Shown here: in pieces, positions 42,332 through 51,883 of the stretch
How the letters are laid out: every line of letters starts with the position of its first letter
Numbering within the stretch: position 1 is the stretch's first letter
Source: an uncultured delta proteobacterium
GTDB taxonomy: Bacteria > Desulfobacterota > Syntrophia > Syntrophales > Fen-1087
Assembly (NCBI GenBank): GCA_963708515.1
Contig: CAVPSX010000012.1
Coordinates: 341,247-405,246 of the forward strand
Direction of reading: 5' to 3'
DNA length: 64,000 bases
Made by a program: the position numbers and the translations under genes
The notes under the pieces: model-generated
Seen by the model: only the letters and a program-made list of their open reading frames with translations
The model's database searches: none
Told to the model about the DNA's origin: nothing

Positions 42332-44224
42332 ATGGGCCATGAAGCCTATCCATTTCTACAAAATCTGCCTCCGTTTTCTTTTCTGCCCGATGCGGAAGTT
42401 GAAAAGATCGTCGCGGACCTCGTCGCCGTGAACCATCCAAAGGACGTCTTTTTGCTCATTCAGGGCCGATCAAAAGTCGAACACCTCCATATTATAAAAA
42501 AGGGGGCTGTCGAACGGTATTACAGGGAGAGAAACGAGGAATTGATGCGCGCGCGGTTGCGGGAAAGAGACTTCTTCGGGGGTATCTCCATGCTTTTGCA
42601 CGACGGCATCTCCGTGTGTATGTTCAGAACGACCGAAGATTCCGAATTGTATTTGCTCCCCAAACAGAGGTTTCTCGATCTCTGTTCACGCTATCCGGTC
42701 TTTTCCGATTTTTTTACAGACATGCTGGGCAAGTGGATGCTCGATAAATCCTATGCAATGCCCATCGCCAAAACCATGCATCCGAAAGAAGAATTGCCGC
42801 AAATCTTCAACCAGAGCGTCGAAAACATATTTTCGAGAAAACTGGTTTCTTGCGATACCCATACGTCCATTCAGGAAGCCGCAGCCATGATGGGCAACAA
42901 CCGATGCAGCTCCATCCTTGTCAAGGAACCCCATGGCGATTTTACGGGCATCATGACCGACCGGGATTTGAGAAATAAAGTAATCATCCAGGCGACCTGC
43001 GACATGACCAGGACGGTTTCCCAAATCATGTCCTCCCCCTTGAGCACCGTCCCGGCCGCGGCCCCGGTCTCGGATGCGCTCATGATCATGATGATGAAAG
43101 ATATCAAACACCTTGCGGTCACGGACGCCGATGAAAAGGTGATTGGAATTGTCACCAACAAGGACATCCTCGGGGCCCATGGACAGTCGCCTTTTTTCCT
43201 GCTGCGGGAGATTCATGCAGCGGTGAGCCTTGAGGAGATAACGGACAAGCAGAGCCGGTTGCCCGGACTGATTCAGAGCCTCATCAGCAGCGGCGCCAAG
43301 GCCATGAATGTGGCCCGCATGGTATCCGTCATTTCAGATGCCATCCTGAACAGACTCATCGGCTTTGCAATCGCTGAGTTGGGCCCGCCGCCGGTCCGGT
43401 TTGCATTTATGATCGTGGGCAGCGAGGGCAGGCGGGAGCAGACGCTCAAGACAGACCAGGACAATGCCATCGTTTATGAAGATCCCCCGGGGGAAACGGA
43501 AGAGGCCGTCAGAGGCTACTTTCTGGCATTCGGAGAAAAGGTCTGCAACTGGCTGGATCAGGTGGGATATACCTTCTGCAACGGGGGCGTCATGGCAAAA
43601 AACCCCCAATGGTGCCAGCCCCTGTCCGTCTGGAAAAAATATTTTTCCACCTGGATCGGAACCGCGGAACCGGTGGCCCTGATGCAGTCGAGCATCTTCT
43701 TCGATTTCCGCTGCGGCTATGGCGATTTGGCCATCATCGACGAACTGCGCCAACATCTTTTTCATTCCCTTGGCGAGCATCCCAACTTTTTCCGATATCT
43801 GGCGGAAACCACTCTTGAACGCAAACCGCCGCTGGGCCTTTTCCGGACTTTTATCGTCGAATCGAAGGGCGAGCACCGCGATACCCTCGATGTGAAGAGC
43901 CCCATGATCACGATTGTCAACTATACCCGTCTCTATGCTCTCAGGAACGGCATTGAGGAAACGAATACCCAGGAAAGGATGTACCAGCTCTTCCTCAAGA
44001 AACGCCTCTCCTGGGAGGATTATCATGACTTCGAGCAGGCCTACAGTTTTCTCATGCAGCTGAGACTGGCCCGGCAGCTGACCGCACTGATCAGGGAAAA
44101 CGCGAAGCCTGATAATTATATCAATCCGAACAAGCTCTCACGCCTGGAGCAGACCATGCTCAAGGAAATCTTTAAGCGGATTGAAAAGTATCAGGAAAAG
44201 ATGGTCTTTGACTTCTGGAAATGA
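42332..44224 (+). CDS. cNMP-binding, tandem-CBS, DUF294 putative nucleotidyltransferase with a DUF294_C substrate-binding domain
   Basis: N-terminal cyclic-nucleotide-binding fold (FFGGISML), two CBS motifs, the NTase motif IVGSEGRREQTLKTDQDNAIV, and a helical C-terminal domain. Confidence 0.85.
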   Translation: MGHEAYPFLQNLPPFSFLPDAEVEKIVADLVAVNHPKDVFLLIQGRSKVEHLHIIKKGAVERYYRERNEELMRARLRERDFFGGISMLLHDGISVCMFRTTEDSELYLLPKQRFLDLCSRYPVFSDFFTDMLGKWMLDKSYAMPIAKTMHPKEELPQIFNQSVENIFSRKLVSCDTHTSIQEAAAMMGNNRCSSILVKEPHGDFTGIMTDRDLRNKVIIQATCDMTRTVSQIMSSPLSTVPAAAPVSDALMIMMMKDIKHLAVTDADEKVIGIVTNKDILGAHGQSPFFLLREIHAAVSLEEITDKQSRLPGLIQSLISSGAKAMNVARMVSVISDAILNRLIGFAIAELGPPPVRFAFMIVGSEGRREQTLKTDQDNAIVYEDPPGETEEAVRGYFLAFGEKVCNWLDQVGYTFCNGGVMAKNPQWCQPLSVWKKYFSTWIGTAEPVALMQSSIFFDFRCGYGDLAIIDELRQHLFHSLGEHPNFFRYLAETTLERKPPLGLFRTFIVESKGEHRDTLDVKSPMITIVNYTRLYALRNGIEETNTQERMYQLFLKKRLSWEDYHDFEQAYSFLMQLRLARQLTALIRENAKPDNYINPNKLSRLEQTMLKEIFKRIEKYQEKMVFDFWK

Positions 44225-44788
44225 TCAGTAACCGACGAGATAGATAAAACTTAAAATAAAGACGAAGGAGACCGCGACACAGGCCACGGCCCTTTTCATG
44301 GGAAAACCGGTGAGCAGGTGGAGCACCTTGGTCATCAGATACAGAAAATAGATGAAGGCGGAAAGCATGATCAGGACTGTGAGCGGGCTACCTGAAATCG
44401 ACCCTCCCGCCTGCCGTAAAAAGGTTAAATGCGTGTTGGCCGCCAGCAGCACGCCGTATGGAAGAAACGCATAGCCCACGGCAATAAAAACATCGATGAA
44501 ACGCGAGGGGGCTCCTCCGAGCACTTTGCCGATGCCCCACAGGAGCAGCGTAATGCCCAGCTGGGAAGCGATCACGGCCATATAGCCAAAAACAACATAA
44601 AAAGCGGCTTCTGCGGTATTAATCTGATCGGCGCCGACGACACTCCTGTAATAGAACATCGTCAGTCCGTGGATCTGTGCGACCGTAAAGACAATCAGCG
44701 GGGAAAGCAGCAGGCTCCTTTTATCGCGGATGCTGGCGGCGACTTTCCCATCCACGGCAGCGATGTCCCACAGCCAGTTCAATAACAT
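44225..44788 (-). CDS. Yip1-like polytopic membrane protein
   Basis: Five predicted TM segments with a Yip1-type layout. The start is trimmed to MLLNWLWDI, which has a GGAAGGGGAG RBS. The stop codon abuts the stop of the convergent DUF294 gene. Confidence 0.55.
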   Translation of the reverse strand: MLLNWLWDIAAVDGKVAASIRDKRSLLLSPLIVFTVAQIHGLTMFYYRSVVGADQINTAEAAFYVVFGYMAVIASQLGITLLLWGIGKVLGGAPSRFIDVFIAVGYAFLPYGVLLAANTHLTFLRQAGGSISGSPLTVLIMLSAFIYFLYLMTKVLHLLTGFPMKRAVACVAVSFVFILSFIYLVGY

Positions 44789-44822
44789 GTTCTCCCCTTC
44801 CCTTGTTCTCAATACTTATTTG

Positions 44823-44858
44823 CAATCAGGGGAACCGCCGCAGCGGTTCCCCTGATTG
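44823..44858 (-). other. Perfect 16-bp stem / 4-nt loop hairpin between the symporter and Yip1 genes
   Basis: CAATCAGGGGAACCGC-CGCA-GCGGTTCCCCTGATTG. There is no U-tract on the transcribed (minus) strand, so it is more likely an intercistronic processing or stability element or a partial terminator. Confidence 0.7.
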
Positions 44859-44899
44859 GATTGGTCTATAGCCCGAAATTTAGATATTTACCATTAGTT

Positions 44900-46568
44900 T
44901 TATAGCACAGCGAAGATGCAGAAAGCAAGCATAATCAGGCCGATGATGGCCGGGCCCACATCGCTGGCATAACGCGTGCTGTCCTTTCTGATCGCGTGGT
45001 CAGGCCAGCCGTGCATGAACTCCACCATTTTATCCGTCTTCTCGCGCGGAATCTTGGCGGCCAAAGCCGGAATCCGGTTGGTGATCATGGAAACGAAGAT
45101 CATCACGACAAAGGAAATCGGCACCGAAAAGACGCCCGGGAACGGCGTCGGCCCGTAGGGTGCAGCGCTTAGAACCGGACTCCAGGTGAAGGACGGGTGG
45201 GCGAATTTCGCATTGAAGAACAGAGCGAAAAACCCTCCGACCAGCATGCCGGCGATGACGCCGTACTTGTTCCCTCCCTTCCACCATATCCCCATGATCA
45301 GCGGGGCCGTAAAGACCGAAGCGGAAAGAATGATGGCCCAGATGACGCTGGCCAGTGCGAACGTGGGCGGGTTGATGGTCATGAACATGATGACCACGCC
45401 CGAGATGAAGATCGTGATGGGGCCCAGGATCTTCTTCTGCTTTTCCGTGAGTTCCCTGATGCCGCCGATAATGTCGTGGGCGATGCCCGTGCCGATGACC
45501 ATCAATGCCCCGGCGATCGTGGACATGCCCGCGGCGATGGCGCCGGCCAGGATCAGGGCCAGGGCCCAGTTGCCGACGAAGGCATCAGACAGGATGAAGA
45601 GCAGCTTGTCCGCCTGCACGGCCTTGATCGCCAGGCCCTTCGTCTGCGTGTAGATGACGCCCGCAAAACCGGCCGTGAAGGTCAGCACGTTGACGCAACC
45701 GATCATGAGTATGCCCAGCAGGAAGCCCATGCGGCCTTCGCGGGTGTTTTTCGCCGAAGAAATGCGGGACAGGTAATGGGGCACCGACATCGTGCCGAAC
45801 AATCATGGAGAACAGCACACCGATGTACCATTTGGGGCTCGCGTCATACAGGATCGAGAAGAACTTGGGGAACGCCTTGAGCATTTCAGGCGTCATGTTG
45901 CCGTATCCCCACATCGGCAGCCACCATAAGCTCGCGCCCAGGGCCTTGGCGATGGCCATGACCGGAAACAAAAGGAAGGCCACGCACATGAATCCCTGGA
46001 AGGCCTGGTTCCAGGTCACGCCGTACATTCCGCCGAACGTCACATAGAGGACGACGATGATGCCGCCGAGGAACAGGGCGGGTACGTAGGAGATGCCGAA
46101 GAGCAGCTCAAAGATGTGGGCAATGCCCTTCATCTGGCTGACGGAATACATGATCATGATGAAGATCATGAAGACGACCGCCACCAGACGGCCCGCGTTA
46201 GTCTGGAAACGCGTGAAAATGTATCCGGCCGCCGTATAGGTCCCGAGGCGGCGGATGGGGCCGGAAAAAAGGAAGATCATGATGCCGAAGCCGATCATCC
46301 AGGCCTGGGACATGATGGCAAGCAATGACTGGATGCCCCAGATAAAGGCCGTAAATCCGATGAACGTGGCCAGGCTCAGGTAGGCCGACACGATGGCAAA
46401 GGCGTTGACGACGGGTCCGACGGACGCGCCGGCCATGTAATAGTCGCCGCTGCTCTTCGTGGCGCGCTGCGCCATGACGCCCACAATGATAAACAAGACG
46501 ATGGACCCTAAAACGCTGATGAGGCCCGGTATGTACAACCCTTCTCTTTGGAAGAATTCCATGGTCAC
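44900..46568 (-). pseudogene. Sodium:solute symporter (SSS) large subunit, one frameshift near 45801
   Basis: Two ORFs (46568-45585 and 45802-44900) together give a roughly 555-aa SSS protein. The sense reading ...IGVLFSMI | FGTMSVPHYLSRISSAKNTREGRMGFLLG is restored by removing one base. Confidence 0.85.
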
Positions 46569-46849
46569 ACCTCCTTCTGCGCGTTGGCCTTAGCGTCATC
46601 GATTTTGGTCAAGACGCGGACAACGAAGTAGATGAAAGCGATGACACCAATATAGGCGATGAAGTTCTGATAAAAGAATGGAAACGGGAACCCCCAGACG
46701 TAGACGTCCAACAGGCCCGGGAAGGGAAGCATGAACAATACGCCCATGGCGGAACACATGCAGATCACCGTACTGACAGAGACAACGAAAAGCTCTTTTT
46801 TATAAATGCGATCATTGGCTTCCGTTGCACTACTTTTTTGTTGTGCCAT
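46565..46849 (-). CDS. DUF4212 small membrane protein (putative solute:sodium symporter small subunit)
   Basis: 94 aa with two TM helices and the WGFPFPFFYQNFIAYIGVIAFIYF motif. Its stop overlaps the SSS start (ATGA). Confidence 0.8.
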   Translation of the reverse strand: MAQQKSSATEANDRIYKKELFVVSVSTVICMCSAMGVLFMLPFPGLLDVYVWGFPFPFFYQNFIAYIGVIAFIYFVVRVLTKIDDAKANAQKEV

Positions 46850-47056
46850 TATATAAACCTCCTCATTTTAATAATAATGTTCAACCTTTCCCCTGAATTT
46901 CTTATCTAACCTCCTTATTTTCCAGGATTACTCCTCCTTTCGTCAATATTTTCAGGGGTCGGTAATAGCTGCTAAAAAATACAAATATCGATAAGATTTA
47001 AATCACTACGAACATGTCGGGGTAATGCTTAAGCGACTATATGCTTGAAGGGGGGG

Positions 47057-47098
47057 GTCGGCGGGCGGATAAGGAGGGATGGGAAACCACCCGCCGAC
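47057..47098. other. 9-bp GC-rich stem (GTCGGCGGG/CCCGCCGAC) with a 24-nt loop, in the leader upstream of the DUF4212/SSS genes
   Basis: Read directly from the sequence. It is flanked by a G7 run on one side and TTTATAAAAA on the other. Confidence 0.5.
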
Positions 47099-47146
47099 TT
47101 TATAAAAAGCGCACACTATTCGGGAAGAAAAAAATCAATGCTTTTT

Positions 47147-47326
47147 TTATTTTATGATGCCGTTTTTCAATGATTGCTTGTTTTTGTTATCCTTTCTTAA
47201 CACTTCCTCAGTGCCGTTACCATCGTCGGACACGAAAAAATTGTACTCGTCAACCTGATCTGTACCCGGTGCCTCTTTCTTCCCTCGAGACGTTTGCGCT
47301 GTTTTTTTCTTTGCTGATGTTGTCAT
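47147..47326 (-). CDS. Possible small basic protein (59 aa; doubtful)
   Basis: An ORF downstream of the candidate sigma-54 promoter (MTTSAKKKTAQTSRGKKEAPG...). It has no convincing RBS and low-complexity composition. Confidence 0.25.
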   Translation of the reverse strand: MTTSAKKKTAQTSRGKKEAPGTDQVDEYNFFVSDDGNGTEEVLRKDNKNKQSLKNGIIK

Positions 47327-47377
47327 CAGACGATTGACTCTACCCCCCATTTTTCTTTTGCGCTCGCGCTTTGTATC

Positions 47378-47392
47378 GCACATTGCATGCCA
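47378..47392 (-). promoter_or_regulatory. Candidate sigma-54 (-24/-12) promoter: TGGCAT-GCAAT-GTGC
   Basis: The minus strand reads aTGGCATGCAATGTGCg, with GG and GC at the canonical spacing. It lies about 245 nt downstream of the sigma-54 activator gene and upstream of the small ORF / DUF4212 / SSS genes. Confidence 0.4.
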
Positions 47393-47636
47393 TCGATCGG
47401 GATGCATCGCATGAATACCCTGTGAGTACTTTATTTACATGATATTATTTATGATTTTATTTGTTCTTTTGAGGGGAAAAAATTGAGGGAAATTATTTTG
47501 GCCCGACCGCGATGGCATAACTGTTCGCTATTCGCACAGCATTCGAGCAAAAATGATGACAATACTCAATTATATTAACTGCAAACTTACATGTGCTATT
47601 TACGCACGCACTGTGCGATTAACGCACGTTCTGTTT

Positions 47637-49772
47637 TCATCCCACAGGGCCGTTCACTTTGTTGAGCTCACGGATGAATTTATAACGTGAAATGTTAAGC
47701 AATTTTGCAGCCTTGGACTTGTTTCTGCCAGCCACATTGAGGGCATTTTCAAGAATGGCTTTGTTTATCTCCCGAGTCATGCTGCCGGTCACGCCTTCAT
47801 AATCCATACCTTCAGGCGTCACGGCAGGCGCCCATTGCATGATGGGTATCTTCGCTTCTTCCTGATCGATGGCTGCTTTCATTTCCACGGGGAGGTTTTC
47901 CGCTGTGATCATCTTACCGGACTGTTTGAGAATCATGACCCGCTCAATGATGTTCTTCAATTCCCTGACATTGCCCGGCCAGGTGTAGTTCTTCAGGCTC
48001 AACTCCGCATCCCGGCTGAACCCACGAATACTTTTCTTGAATTTCTTGTTGAATTCATCCACGTAATACTGAGCCAGCAGCATGATGTCCTCCGTCCTGT
48101 CCCTCAGCGGCGGAATCACGATGGGCACCACACTGACACGATAAAAAAGATCTTCCCGGAATGTTCCTTCAGCGACCATCCGGACAAGATCCTGATTGCT
48201 GGAAAAAATAAACCGCACATCGACGGGAATATTCTCCGTCCCGCCCAATCTGCGGATATAACCGTCTTCAAGCATTCTTAGAAACTTGGCCTGCAGGTGA
48301 ATATTCATATCCCCGACTTCGTCCAGCAGCAGCGTTCCCCCGCTGGCATACTCCAGCAGTCCGATTTTTCTCTTGCGTGCATCGGTAAAAGCGCCGGCTT
48401 CATATCCGAACAGCTCACTCTCAAGCAGCGTTCCCGGAATCGCGGCACAGTTCACATCAACGAAGTGTTTTGCGCGGCGGTCGCTATGACGGTGAATCGC
48501 CCGCGCAATGAGTTCCTTCCCTGTTCCGCTCTCCCCCTGAACCAGAACGTTCGTGTTGTGGTTGGCAACATTTTCGATCAAGCGGAAGATATCCGTCATT
48601 TTATCAGATTGACCAAGGATGTCATGGAATCCCAGCAGCATGTCCTCCCGCTGCTTGAGTGCCTCCACTTCGGTCTTGAGGTTTTTCGCCTCCAGGGAAA
48701 GCAGGGAATGCATAATCGCATTATCATAGGCCGTTGCGGCATTTCTTACAAGAACATCAAGAATATTGATTTGATCGGAGAGATAAGCCCCCGTCTTTTT
48801 CGCCAGATACAGGGCGCCCTTGAACTTGTCTTTGATCTGTAGGGGAATGGCGATCTCCGATGGAAAATCCGGAAACAACGGCAACAGGACAGAGGGATCC
48901 GACGAGGCGTTTCTGATGACATGGGTATTTTCATCAATGGCCCGGGCAATAATGCTCTGGCGGACGCGCTGATCACCCTCGGATTTGTCGCCGATCACGA
49001 CCTTTTCTCCGTCATAAATAAAACAACGGTTCCTGGTCATGTCCAGAAAATAGACAAAGGCCCCGTCCGCAGCAGAGATTTCCATGGCGCTTCGCGAGAG
49101 GAGCTTCAGGATGCGATTGTCGAGTACATAGCTCGAGTTCATATCGGAAACGGCCTGCTGCAGAATCAGCAGCATGCGAATCTTCTCGGCATTGGCCTCC
49201 AAAAGTCTGGCATTATGAATCATGATGCTGATCTGCCCGGCAAAGGCCTGAAAAAGGCTGATCTGCTCCGGATAGAATTTGGTTTCATTCTGCCACCAGG
49301 CGCCCAGAATCCCGATGACATCCTCTCCTGCTTTAAGCGGTGCAACGAAGATGGACCCATGATTGTAGATATTCGTCAGCATGCGGTCGGTATCCGTGAT
49401 GCGCGGATCTGTCGCCGCGTCCTCGATCGTGATCGGCTCACCGGATTTTACGACCTTGACGGCCAGGCCGTCATGCAGCGTCAGGTCCAAAGGCACCGCA
49501 AAGGCCCTCTGGGCTTCTTCGGGCGTGTAATTTTTTACAACCTTTGCAACCAGATACCGCTTGCTTTCATCGATGAGGCGGATGATGCCCCGGTGAAATC
49601 CGATCGCATCCACCACCTCGTCGAGAATATTTTTCAAAAACTCATTGACGCTCGCATGCCTGTTCATGAAGACGCTGATCCGGAAAATGCTCTCCAGCAA
49701 CTTGTCCTTGTCAAGAAGCGGGCGAGATGCAGCAAGCTCCACAGGTCTGTAGATATTTAACTCGGCATTCAT
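47637..49772 (-). CDS. Sigma-54-dependent transcriptional activator (GAF-GAF-AAA+-Fis HTH)
   Basis: Two N-terminal GAF-like domains. The AAA+ core has VLVQGESGTGKELIARAIH, the GAFTDA-type loop (ESELFGYEAGAFTDA) and a VRELKN-type motif (GNVRELKNIIER). The C-terminal HTH reads NKSKAAKLLNISRYKFIR. Confidence 0.9.
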   Translation of the reverse strand: MNAELNIYRPVELAASRPLLDKDKLLESIFRISVFMNRHASVNEFLKNILDEVVDAIGFHRGIIRLIDESKRYLVAKVVKNYTPEEAQRAFAVPLDLTLHDGLAVKVVKSGEPITIEDAATDPRITDTDRMLTNIYNHGSIFVAPLKAGEDVIGILGAWWQNETKFYPEQISLFQAFAGQISIMIHNARLLEANAEKIRMLLILQQAVSDMNSSYVLDNRILKLLSRSAMEISAADGAFVYFLDMTRNRCFIYDGEKVVIGDKSEGDQRVRQSIIARAIDENTHVIRNASSDPSVLLPLFPDFPSEIAIPLQIKDKFKGALYLAKKTGAYLSDQINILDVLVRNAATAYDNAIMHSLLSLEAKNLKTEVEALKQREDMLLGFHDILGQSDKMTDIFRLIENVANHNTNVLVQGESGTGKELIARAIHRHSDRRAKHFVDVNCAAIPGTLLESELFGYEAGAFTDARKRKIGLLEYASGGTLLLDEVGDMNIHLQAKFLRMLEDGYIRRLGGTENIPVDVRFIFSSNQDLVRMVAEGTFREDLFYRVSVVPIVIPPLRDRTEDIMLLAQYYVDEFNKKFKKSIRGFSRDAELSLKNYTWPGNVRELKNIIERVMILKQSGKMITAENLPVEMKAAIDQEEAKIPIMQWAPAVTPEGMDYEGVTGSMTREINKAILENALNVAGRNKSKAAKLLNISRYKFIRELNKVNGPVG

Positions 49773-49827
49773 AGCATCAATCTCTTAATTAAAGGCCGCT
49801 TACTCCTTTTAACAGAGAGGCTCAAAT

Positions 49828-51862
49828 TCAAATTTTATCAAACCTTAAAAATTGCATGGAAAAAACCGCCCTGCCTTGGGTTGCAGAGCGCAGATCGGTG
49901 GAATATCCAAATAACGCTTTCAAGGGGACCCTGGCCTTGATTTCACTGATGCTTCCCTTGGGGCTGACGGCTTGAATTTCTCCTCGTCTGGCGTGGATGT
50001 CGCCGATTACATCACCCATGAATTCGCCGGGCGTCAAAATATCCACATTCATAATCGGCTCTAGTGTTGCACGGATCAGCCTGCGCGCAAGCATCCTTGA
50101 ATGCAGAACTGGCGGCAACCTTATAGCCCAGGACCGTCGCCTCCCCTTCCCGGAAGGAGCCGCCCACAAGACTGACACGCACATCGACAACAGGGTACCC
50201 GGCCAGGCAACCACTGAGGGCTGATTCACGAACCCCCTCTTCAATGGCGCCGTAATATTCTTCGGGGATGACGGTCCCGTCAATCCGGCGGACGAATTGA
50301 AGACCGCTGCCCCTGCTTAAAGGCTCCAGTGCCAGGCGAACATGGCCGAAGTGTTTTCTTTCTCCCAGCTCCTTTTCAAAACGACCGTCAATTTCAGCTT
50401 TCTTCTGAATGGTCTCGCGATAGACCACGCGGGGCTGACCGATATTGACCCGCGTATTGAATTCGCGGATCAACCGGTCAATGATAATCTCCAGATGAAG
50501 TTCACCCATCCCCGATATCACGGTCTGGGCCGTCTCATCATCATATTTAACCAGGAGGGTCGGGTCCTCTTCCATAAACTTGGACAGCGCCAGGGACAAT
50601 TTCTCCTGATCTGCAGGGGTCTTGGCTTCGATGGCCTGGCTGATAACCGGCTCGTAAATATCAATCGGCTCAAGAAGAATGGGATGGTCTTCATCACATA
50701 TCGTATCGCCGGTGGTGGTTTCCTTGAGACCCATCACGGCAATGATCTCGCCGGCAACTGCCTTTTCGATCCGTTCCCGCTTGTTGGCATGCATTTTCAG
50801 AAGCCGCGCAATCTTTTCCTTTTTCTGTTTACTCGCATTGTATATTTCCTGGCCTGCCTGCATTTCCCCGGCATAAATCCTCAGGTAAGTGAGCTTGCGG
50901 CCTTCGTCCTGCATAATCTTGAAAGCCAGTGCTGTCAAAGGCTCCGTATGATTGCTCAGGCGGGTTTCTTCCGCATGCGTGACAGGATTAACACCCCTGA
51001 TCGAAGGGATATCCTCCGGAGAGGGAAGGTAGGCAACCACGGCATCCAAGATGGGCTGCACTCCCTTGTTTCGCAGGGCCGAACCGCACATAACGGGAAC
51101 TACTTTCAGGGACAGCGTTGCTTTCCGGATTGCACTTACGATGTCCCCGGCAGAAATGTCTCTCCCTTCTAAGTATTGATCGGCAAAGTTGTCATCAATT
51201 TCTGCCAAAGTTTCGATCATCTGCTCCCGGGATTGCCTGACCTGGGGAAGAAGATCAGCGGGTATGTCGGAATAACTGAATGACAATCCGAGTGTCGTAT
51301 GATCCCAGGTTACGAGCTGCCGATGGATCAGATCAACAACGCCTCTGAAGGTTTCCTCCTGGCCCCAGGGAATCTGGATCGGAAGGGGCCGGGAATTGAA
51401 TCGCTTTTGCATCATGCTGACTGTCGCGAAATAATCGGCGCCGACTCTATCCATTTTGTTTATGAAGGCAATTTTAGGGACGCCATATCTGTCTGCCTGG
51501 TGCCAGACCTTTTCAGACTGCGGTTCCACACCGCCCACGGCACAGAAAACCACCACGGCGCCATCCAAAACCCTCAGAGACCGTTCGACCTCAATCGTAA
51601 AGTCGACATGCCCTGGCGTATCGATGACATGAATCTCGTGATTTTTCCAGGAACAGGTCGTCACGGCAGAGGTAATGGTAATCCCTCTCTCCTGTTCCTG
51701 CGGCATCCAGTCCATGACGGCTTCGCCGTCATGGACCTCACCCATCTTGTAGGACCGGCCCGTATAAAAAAGGATGCGTTCGCTCACCGTGGTTTTACCG
51801 GCATCGATATGCGCAACAATCCCGATATTTCGTGTTCTTGAAAGTTTGGATTTTGAAGCCAT
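49828..51862 (-). pseudogene. Elongation factor G paralog (outside the str operon), one frameshift near 50071
   Basis: The G domain has [17 protein letters not shown] and NKMD. Domains II-IV are in the 616-aa ORF. Domain V and the C-terminus ([32 protein letters not shown]...) are in the overlapping 49828-50283 ORF. Confidence 0.85.
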
Positions 51863-51883
51863 CTGCTACCTTGCCTTCACGCG

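Noticed and set aside
47513-47529. A plus-strand sigma-54-like sequence, TGGCATAACTGTTCGCT.
   Set aside because: The -12 GC is displaced by one base (TTCGC instead of TTGC), and the element points into the 3' end of the convergent activator gene with nothing to transcribe.
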